Origin: an uncultured Gammaproteobacteria bacterium
GTDB lineage: Bacteria > Patescibacteriota > Microgenomatia > Daviesbacterales > UBA10151
DNA: 64,000 nt
Direction of reading: 5' to 3'
Assembly (NCBI GenBank): GCA_964392925.1
Contig: CAYMRP010000004.1
Location: 71,184 to 135,183, forward strand
Positions within the stretch are counted from its first letter, which is position 1. Each line of letters starts with the position of its first letter. The notes below the pieces were generated by a model. The model ran no database searches. It was not told the origin of the DNA and saw only the letters and a list, made by a program, of their open reading frames with translations. Made by a program: the position numbers and the translations under genes. This document shows positions 8,152 through 16,500 of this stretch, one piece after another.

Positions 8152-9834
8152 TTACTTCTTAACACCTTTATAATCTGCAACAGTTATCCCTGCCCCACTT
8201 AAATGAGCCTGAGAGTATTCGTGCGTCGCATCCATCTTCTTATGCGGATTAAAAATTCCCCGGGGATCAAATATCTTCTTCACAGCCTTAAACAGCTTCA
8301 GCATCTCCGGTCCATACATCTTTTCTAAATATGGTCCCCGGACCAATCCATCATTATGCTCGGCCGCCATAGATCCCCCAAATTCAAAAACCAAATCAAA
8401 AACTTTCCTTGATATCTCCGGAATCAAATCACGGATCTCTTTTTTATGCATATCCATCAAAGGGATAATATGAAAATTCCCATTTCCAATATGCCCGGCA
8501 ATTGTATAAATAATCTTCTTACGATATGGACTTAATACTTTTTGCAGTCTCGGCAGAAAAGCTGGCAATTTCTCAACCCGCACTACAATATCATCAATAA
8601 ACGGCGCAGTCCTTAAAGTCTTTCCTGAATGATTTCTTAAAATATTAAAGCTATCTCGTCTTAAAATCCAGTACTTATCAGAATCGCCATAAGGCACTAC
8701 CCGGCTTATAACTTTAGGATATTTCTTTAGAGAGCTGTGCACACTCTCAGCCTGGCTCATGACTTCTTCTTGGGAATCCCCTGTAAACTCCGCAATCAAA
8801 ACAATCTTCGGTAATTTTCTAAACAAATCCCGCATAAACCCAGGCAATAATTTTAGTTGAATCGGGTCAGAATTATGCTTTTTGAAATCCTTCTTAAAAT
8901 CTGGAATAAATCTATACGAAAATTTGATAGTTTGATCATCAAAACACTCAAAACTCTCCGGCTTAAACTTCAACACCTCCAAAACTACTTTATCCAATTG
9001 GTCCAAAGACGCAAGCTCAATCTCCACCATCGCTTTTTTAGTTTTAGGCTTAATAAGTCCAAATTTAATCTGCGTTATGATCCCGAGAGTTCCTTGTGAG
9101 CCTACAATTAACTTATTTAAATCAAATATCGCCCGGTTTTTATCCCAAACATTCCATAAATAGAGTCCAGTCGAATTTTTTGATGTCTGTGGTTTATGCT
9201 TTTTAATTAAGTCTTCATTTCTCTCTATTAAATTAAAAATCTGTTTATATAAATTTCCCTCGAAAGTTTTCTCTTTCATTTTCGCATCAAGCTCTCTTTT
9301 AGTCAGAGGCTCAATAACATACTCCTGGCCATCAGCCAAAACCACTTTGAGCTCACGAACCCATCTTTCTGTTTGACCATAGCTTAATGTTTTTTCACCT
9401 GCTGAGTTATTGCCCACCATTCCACCAACAGTATTTAATTCTCGGGAAGAGGTATAACAGGGGAGCAGCAAATTCTTCTTAAGAGTTTCTTTTTCAAAAT
9501 TTCTATAATAAACTCCAGGCTGAGTTACAGCATAGTCGTTTCCAACCTGAATCACCCGGTCAAAGTGCTTTGTCATATCAAGAACCAACGACTCGGATAA
9601 TGATCCTCCTGACATACAGGTACCTGCGGCTCTTGGGGTCAGGGATATATCAACCTCTGGATGATCATTAACAAACTGAACCAGCTTTTGGATATCCTCT
9701 GAGTCCTTTGGCGCTATTACCAGTTCTGGTTTCACTACAAATATTGATGCGTCTTTTGAAAAAGTTTCTAAAACTTCTGGTGTATCGATAACCTCTCCTT
9801 TAATAACTTTTGACAACTGATCTTTAAGCTTCAT
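8152..9834 (-). CDS. FAD-linked oxidase (GlcD / D-lactate dehydrogenase-like)
   Basis: Has an FAD_binding_4-type N-terminus (PRAAGTCMSGGS, GGMVGNNSAG) and an FAD-oxidase C-terminal pattern (GHIGNGNFH, GGSMAAEHNDG). Confidence 0.8.
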   Translation of the reverse strand: MKLKDQLSKVIKGEVIDTPEVLETFSKDASIFVVKPELVIAPKDSEDIQKLVQFVNDHPEVDISLTPRAAGTCMSGGSLSESLVLDMTKHFDRVIQVGNDYAVTQPGVYYRNFEKETLKKNLLLPCYTSSRELNTVGGMVGNNSAGEKTLSYGQTERWVRELKVVLADGQEYVIEPLTKRELDAKMKEKTFEGNLYKQIFNLIERNEDLIKKHKPQTSKNSTGLYLWNVWDKNRAIFDLNKLIVGSQGTLGIITQIKFGLIKPKTKKAMVEIELASLDQLDKVVLEVLKFKPESFECFDDQTIKFSYRFIPDFKKDFKKHNSDPIQLKLLPGFMRDLFRKLPKIVLIAEFTGDSQEEVMSQAESVHSSLKKYPKVISRVVPYGDSDKYWILRRDSFNILRNHSGKTLRTAPFIDDIVVRVEKLPAFLPRLQKVLSPYRKKIIYTIAGHIGNGNFHIIPLMDMHKKEIRDLIPEISRKVFDLVFEFGGSMAAEHNDGLVRGPYLEKMYGPEMLKLFKAVKKIFDPRGIFNPHKKMDATHEYSQAHLSGAGITVADYKGVKK

Positions 9835-9964
9835 TAATTAATAATAGAGGCTTTTAGTATCTCAAAACACCCCCTAAAAATAGACCTATAGATTTGATTA
9901 TTGACCCATAGTATGGTATTATATTCACTTCAGTTAAAGCTATTTAGGCTCAAAACTGACAAAT

Positions 9965-10639
9965 ATGATACAAACTGCCCTAATTTCAGTAATGCTTCTT
10001 TCAAACGTCGCCTTTACCCAGGCTGAATTTCCTACCACAGCCTCCGCCCAGTTGAAAACTGAGGCTAGCCAGGCTCAAACTATCCTAGGCTCAAGATCGA
10101 TGTCTTTAAACATGAGATATGGCTACGACGTGCCTGAGAACGTTTATAAAGACAATATTTTACTTAATTTAGCCTATCTCTCAGGCACAGTTAAATCTAA
10201 AAACGACATCAATTGGGACGTTTTAAAACAGCCTTCATCTACGAAATTCACTTTAAAACCAGGTGAAAGATTTGCTTATCACGATTTAATCGATCCTCAA
10301 TATCAAGATAATGTTGTTGTAACTGCCCATACTAACTTTGGAGCTGGCGATGGTTATAAATTCGAAGGTGGACTATATGGAATGGGTGTTTGTCACTTAG
10401 CTTCTTTAATCCATTGGGCTGCGCTTGATGCTGGACTAGAATCAATTGCTCCAAGCAACCATGACTTTTATGCTATACCTGAAATCCCTAAACAATATGG
10501 AGTAGCAATTTACGCAAGCCCTGATGCAGTTTCTTCATCTGTAAGACAAAATCTTTATATTAAAAACACTCTGGATTCAGAAATAACAATTAAATTTGAT
10601 TTCGACGGAGTAAATCTAATAGTTAGCGTTATTAAGTAA
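9965..10639 (+). CDS. Secreted VanW-like protein
   Basis: Has a signal peptide plus PGERFAY, GYKFEGG, GMGVCHLASLIHWAALDAGLE and a late H block. These parallel the VanW-domain signature (PGE.FS...GY...GGGVCQ.ST). Confidence 0.6.
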   Translation: MIQTALISVMLLSNVAFTQAEFPTTASAQLKTEASQAQTILGSRSMSLNMRYGYDVPENVYKDNILLNLAYLSGTVKSKNDINWDVLKQPSSTKFTLKPGERFAYHDLIDPQYQDNVVVTAHTNFGAGDGYKFEGGLYGMGVCHLASLIHWAALDAGLESIAPSNHDFYAIPEIPKQYGVAIYASPDAVSSSVRQNLYIKNTLDSEITIKFDFDGVNLIVSVIK

Positions 10640-10641
10640 GT

Positions 10642-11343
10642 TTAGTGAACTCTTACCCTTGTCCCAGGATTATCTACAGATGCTCTTAAAGCATTAACCC
10701 CAGGCGGTAAAACAGGTCCAGTCCAATCGAATAACTCAGCAACTTCAGCCAATGGTGAATTAACACATCCATGACTCATTGGGTTTCCAAAATTACTGTG
10801 CCAATACGCCCCATGTATCGCATAACCCTGATAAAAGAACATATTATGAGGCACATTCGGTAAGTAATAATAAGTTCCTAATTCTTTTGAGCCCCCTTTC
10901 ATCGCCTGAGAACGGGTCTTATACCAAATTCTAAATTCCCCCTTTGGTGTTGCAGCCCATTTACCAGAAGATATTAAAAACTCTTTAACAATTGTATCGC
11001 CTTCATAAGCCCTTAACTTCTGCTCATCAAGCGAAACATCAATCCATTTTTCCTCACCTGCTGCATTTGTTATTCCGAGTACACTCACATCTTGAATTTG
11101 ATTATTGGATAAAATTTGAGCCAGAGATGTCTTTGGGTAATCTATGATCTCATTATTGTAAATTGCCAAATTAGCACCCTCATCAAAACCTCCATCAGAT
11201 AAATTATTTACATCACAGCACGACAATGTTGTATCTCCTGAAATTCCAAGTCTATAAGCAGCCTCACGGCGAATTGGTGTGTAATTAAAAGCGCCCACAA
11301 TCAGGGCTATAAAGACTAGTATGGGCAGAAAACGTATCATCAC
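10642..11343 (-). CDS. L,D-transpeptidase (YkuD domain)
   Basis: Contains the catalytic block HGAYWHSNFGNPMSHGCVN (H...SHGC) and an N-terminal anchor. Confidence 0.85.
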   Translation of the reverse strand: MMIRFLPILVFIALIVGAFNYTPIRREAAYRLGISGDTTLSCCDVNNLSDGGFDEGANLAIYNNEIIDYPKTSLAQILSNNQIQDVSVLGITNAAGEEKWIDVSLDEQKLRAYEGDTIVKEFLISSGKWAATPKGEFRIWYKTRSQAMKGGSKELGTYYYLPNVPHNMFFYQGYAIHGAYWHSNFGNPMSHGCVNSPLAEVAELFDWTGPVLPPGVNALRASVDNPGTRVRVH

Positions 11344-11417
11344 TTCAGCGAAGAAAATAAAGCCTCAACGCTTAATATATTGTCCGGTTTGCTAGTATAA
11401 TAAGTCAAGACTTCAAT

Positions 11418-12503
11418 ATGAGAATCCACTGGTTTTTTAAAGTTACAGGTTTTTTTGCGGCGATTTTTATAATCTGGCTGCTGTTTTATTATGCTCTCCC
11501 GGAAATATTACCTGCGCAAAGAGTCGAGTCATCAGAAGTCTATGGACTAATCTTCTCTGATCAAATTTGGGGAGGAAATATTAAAATTGTTGGAGATGTT
11601 TATACTCTCACAAATAGTAAGGTAACGATTCTTCCGGGAACTAAAATAAAAGTTGCCATTAATAGTGATAAATCAAATATGGATCTTCTTCCTTGGCATA
11701 GAAAGGAAGGAGTTAACACCGGAGATTTTTATAAAGGTGTTAAAACTGGTGAGCCTTTCTGGAATGAAAGCCGGAAAATTCAAATCCATCTCAATACAGT
11801 CGAAATGATTGGAGAGCCCAGCAATACTATCGAAATAACCTCAGAATCAGAAGACCCTAGTCCATATGACTATAATATTTTAAGTATAAGATCAGGTAAG
11901 ATTACGCACGCTTTATTTTCTAACTACCGCCGTTTTGAAACTAATGGCGATTTAGAAGTAATGAACTCTACCTTTCGTAATACAGGTGAATGCGCACTCT
12001 GTATAACTGGTGGAACACCCAGAGTCTACAACAATACTTTTGAAAATAGCTTACGTGAGTCAATTTGGATTAAAAAAGCCAGCCCCATAATCGATAATAA
12101 TTTATTCATTAACCTAACCGGAGATGGAATAAAAATAGATCCTCAAAAAATTGCCGCACCTCATATCGTAAATAATGTTTTTGAAATGCCTCAACGAGGA
12201 GCAATTGATATAATAGCAGGAAGTCAACTTGGGGAAATATTAATTGCCAGAAATATTTTCTCCGGAAATTCGCAGATTAAAATCGCTTGTGATGCACAAG
12301 TCAAAATAAGAGATAATGCTATCTTTGGGCTGATTAGTTTTACCAATGGTTGTACTGGTGGATTCACCTTTGGGTCCAATTTTTGGGGAACTATTGACCC
12401 GCGAATTATCCTCAGTGAAAAAATTCTCAGTAAATATGAAAGATTCCGCATTGAAATACCTAACGTTCTATTTATGGCTCCTAAAGGAGCGGGGAGGAAA
12501 TAG
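11418..12503 (+). CDS. Anchored right-handed parallel beta-helix (PbH1 / NosD-like) repeat protein
   Basis: Shows repeating N-N-x-F/I-x-N turns (VYNNTFEN, IDNNLFIN, VNNVFEM, ARNIFSGN, RDNAIFG). Confidence 0.6.
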   Translation: MRIHWFFKVTGFFAAIFIIWLLFYYALPEILPAQRVESSEVYGLIFSDQIWGGNIKIVGDVYTLTNSKVTILPGTKIKVAINSDKSNMDLLPWHRKEGVNTGDFYKGVKTGEPFWNESRKIQIHLNTVEMIGEPSNTIEITSESEDPSPYDYNILSIRSGKITHALFSNYRRFETNGDLEVMNSTFRNTGECALCITGGTPRVYNNTFENSLRESIWIKKASPIIDNNLFINLTGDGIKIDPQKIAAPHIVNNVFEMPQRGAIDIIAGSQLGEILIARNIFSGNSQIKIACDAQVKIRDNAIFGLISFTNGCTGGFTFGSNFWGTIDPRIILSEKILSKYERFRIEIPNVLFMAPKGAGRK

Positions 12504-12506
12504 TAA

Positions 12507-13439
12507 CTGAAAAATTTATTAGCATTCTTAGGAATATTACTTCTTAGTAGCTTTGTTTTGTTTAAATCTGGTGAATTCTTTACTAAATCCAGCTTAACGT
12601 CACCCGTGCTTGGAGTAGCGAAGGAAAGAGTTTCTGAAAACGTCTGGGCTCCTCATATAGAGGATATCACTTTAAATCAGTTTATTGATGCCCCAGAAAT
12701 AACCGCCATCTCAGCATTATTTGTTGACACTACAACCGGTCAGGTTTTATATGAGAAAAATTCTCAGCAGGAATTGTCTATTGCTTCGTTGACTAAAATA
12801 ATGACAACTATAATTGCTCTGGAGAATAAAACCCCCGAAGATCTTTTTACAGTGTCTGAACATGCCTCCAGCATGGAGCCCGATAAAATGTATTTGATAG
12901 CTGGAGAAAAAATCAGCCTAAGCAACTTACTAGATGGAATATTCCTGGTCTCTGCCAACGATGCAGCGGAAGTTATCGCTGAGAACACCTCTGGGAGAAG
13001 AGAGGAGTTTATTAATTTAATGAATTCTAAAGCCAGGCAACTAGGTATGAATAATACTTTTTTCCTCAATCCCTCCGGTCTTGAAGAAGATTTTGCTAAA
13101 CAGTATTCAACAGCCCTTGATGTCGCTGTTATGTCTAGATATTTAATTACCAGGTGGCCTAATGTTGTTAATATTTCCTCGCAACCCCATGTTTATATCG
13201 AACGGACAGACTATCACCAAGATTATGATATGTATAGCGGTATTAATTTACTCACTACTTATCCGGGAGTTTTAGGATTAAAAACTGGCTATACTCCTGT
13301 TGCCGGCTTAACTCTAGTAACTTTAGCTAGGCGTGGCGATAAAGAAGTCTTAGGCGTTTTACTTGGTGCTGTTAACCGTCGGGACGATGCTAAGGCCTTA
13401 CTAGACTATTCCTTCAAAAAACTCGGTTTAGAGATATAA
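12507..13439 (+). CDS. D-alanyl-D-alanine carboxypeptidase (PBP5/S11 family)
   Basis: Contains SxxK (SIASLTKIM), SxN (VSAND) and KTG (LKTGYT). A signal-anchor (KNLLAFLGILLLSSFVLF) lies in-frame upstream of the first canonical start (TTG 12558). The 5' end is therefore provisionally placed at CTG 12507. Confidence 0.8.
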   Translation: MKNLLAFLGILLLSSFVLFKSGEFFTKSSLTSPVLGVAKERVSENVWAPHIEDITLNQFIDAPEITAISALFVDTTTGQVLYEKNSQQELSIASLTKIMTTIIALENKTPEDLFTVSEHASSMEPDKMYLIAGEKISLSNLLDGIFLVSANDAAEVIAENTSGRREEFINLMNSKARQLGMNNTFFLNPSGLEEDFAKQYSTALDVAVMSRYLITRWPNVVNISSQPHVYIERTDYHQDYDMYSGINLLTTYPGVLGLKTGYTPVAGLTLVTLARRGDKEVLGVLLGAVNRRDDAKALLDYSFKKLGLEI

Positions 13440-13528
13440 ATCTTACCCCACTTCTTCATACCCAAAATAAACTATGAGCTAGCTTTCAGGATTAGAGTAT
13501 GTTATTATAGGCCCTCATAATTTTCCCA

Positions 13529-16500
13529 ATGAATCTGGGAATAGATGTTATGGGTTTAAACATGAGCAATTTAGATATCATCATCCCGGTTAAAAACGAA
13601 GAAGGCAATATTCTTGCCTTAGTCCAGAGAATCAGTCAAGCAATGAAGCTTGGAAATCTTTCCTATAAAATGATTTTCATCGATGATAATTCAAGCGATA
13701 AAACTGTCTCCTCTCTAGAAATACTAAAAAAAATCTATCCAATTGAAATACATCCAAAAAAGGGCAAGCCAGGCAAAGCTTATTCAATAATTGAGGGAGT
13801 CGATTACGCAACCAGCGATAACATCGCCATGATCGATGCCGATCTTCAATACCCCCCAGAAGTTTTGCCTCAAATGCTCAAACAATTAGCAGATTCAGGG
13901 GTAGTAATCGCCCGCCGGAAAACAGCCCAGGGCTCAAAGTTGCGAAGATTCGTCAGTAAAGCTTTTACCAATGTATTTGGCGGCCTTCTTCACAACCTAA
14001 ACGTTGATGTTCAATCAGGACTCAAAGTCTTCAAAAAAGAAGTAATTGAAAAAATAGACCCCAAGAAAATAACACCTTGGACTTTAGACCTCTCACTGGT
14101 TTTAGTTGCCCGGGATTTAGGATTAGGCATTTCAGAAGTTGATATTGAATTTGATAAAAGAAAAAATGGTAATTCAAAAGTAAGTTTAGTCAGAACTTCA
14201 ATTGAAATCGGCAAAAACGCTTTAAAGCTTAAGTTCTTTAGAAAAAGACAATTCACTATTAAACCAACTAAAGAAAACTCCATGATCGGTGGAGGCATAA
14301 TACTTAAGGGTAAAAAATATATTACTCACACCACCTTAGAAGATAAGCATCTCGCTCTCAAAACATTTAGCACCACCCAAAAGTTCATTATTGGCTCACT
14401 AGTTACCGCTGCCATAGTTGGTTTAATCACAAATCCTCTTGCTGCAATTTTAACTATAGTCGCGATTCTCAGCGTAATTTATTTTATTGACGTTGTTTTT
14501 AATATTAGTGTTGTTCTGAAGAGTCTTCATTTTCCGCCAGAAATTAAAATACCCTCGGAAGACATCGAGGCTGTAGATGATAGTAAATTACCAACCTATA
14601 CAATTCTCTGTCCTCTCTATCGAGAAGCGGATGTATTGCCGCAGTTTTTGGAGTCTATCGAAAAACTTGATTGGCCTAAAAGTAAGCTTGATGTCATACT
14701 TTTACTTGAGGAAGATGATAAAGAGACTGTCGCTGAAATTAGTAAAAAAAGACTTCCATATTACGTCAGGGCTTTAATTACTCCCGACTCTCAGCCTAAA
14801 ACAAAGCCCAAGGCCTGTAACTACGGTTTAGCCCATGCTAACGGTGAATACCTAGTTATTTATGATGCCGAAGATCGACCTGATCCAGACCAATTAAAAA
14901 AGGCCTATCTCGGCTTTAAAAATTCCGGATCTAAAATTGTCTGCTTGCAGGCAAAATTGAACTATTTTAATCCTCACCAAAATTTACTCACCCGTTTCTT
15001 TACCGCTGAATATTCACTCTGGTTCGATGTTATGCTACCGGGACTCCAGTCTATTAATACTGTGATCCCTCTGGGCGGTACCTCAAATCACTTCAGAACC
15101 GCCACCTTAAGAGATCTCGAAGGATGGGATCCATTCAACGTCACAGAGGATTGTGACTTAGGAGTGAGAATCTTTAAAAAAGGCTGGTCAACAGCAATTA
15201 TCGATTCAATAACTCTAGAAGAAGCCAATTCAAATTGGGCTAATTGGATCAGGCAGCGTTCAAGATGGCTCAAAGGTTATATGCAAACCTACCTGGTTCA
15301 TATGCGTAATCCTTTCAGTTTTATTGCTCAAAACGGCTGGCACGCTTTTGTTTTTCAACTAATTATTGGTGCCCGTATCTCGTTCATGCTTATTAACCCG
15401 ATTCTTTGGTTAACGACTCTTTCCTATTTTGCTCTCTACGCCTATGTTGGTCCGGCAATTGAAGAGATTTTTCCTTCAGCAATATTCTATATGGCGGTCT
15501 TTTCTCTTTTAGTCGGTAACTTCTCATATATCTATAACTACATGATAGGTGCCTTAAAGCGCGAGCACTATTCGCTTATTAAGTTCATTTTCTTGATCCC
15601 AATCTATTGGCTGGTGGCATCCTACGCAGCTGGAGTGGCTGCTTATCAATTAATTGTTAAACCTCACTATTGGGAAAAAACTGTCCACGGTCTCCATATC
15701 AAAAAAATGACTATAGAGAGTATAAAAGAAGAAATACTGCCCACGCTTACTGCCGATTTAATTAAGCCCTCTGACGGAAGAATGTCATTCTACAAGAAGC
15801 TATCCTTACCAAAAGCTTTAATACCAAGTGCAATTTACACCTTAGCTACTTTTATCTCAGGGATTCTTAACCTAGGATTTAATGTCTTCTTAGGTAGAGT
15901 AATCAGCTTTGAGAACTTAGCGACCTTAAGTTTAGTAAGCAGTTTTTTGTATTTTTCTTCAGTGCCTCAGAACTCCTTACTAAGCACTATCACCCATAAA
16001 GTTGGTTATCTAGAAGGTAAAGGTAAGTTAACATCAGCACTTCATTTTTTTAAACAGGCAACAAATAGATCGCTTTTAATATCTTTTATTGCCTCGGCTG
16101 CATGGCTTTTTTCAATTCCCTTTCTAATGGATTATTTCCAATCAGATGATATATTTCCTTTTCTTCTCTTTACCCCTGTTTGGACACTTGGTACGGTTTT
16201 CGCTCTGATGAAGGGGTTTTTAGTAGGGAGATTAATGCTTGCCAGAGTAGGGTTTATTCTTTTTGCTGAAACTGTATTTAAATTTAGCATAGCGCTCATT
16301 TTTATATATTTTAATCTTTCCCACTGGGCATTTGTTGCTCTACCAGGATCGATTGTGCTCAGCGCAATTCTGATAATTCTTATCTCGGGAAAACTACTTA
16401 AAGTGCCAGAGAATGCTCCACAGTTAAAAAATGAATTTAGCTTTCCTCTTAAGTTCTATTCTGCTTCTGCCCTATCAATACTTGCACCCATTGCCTTTTT

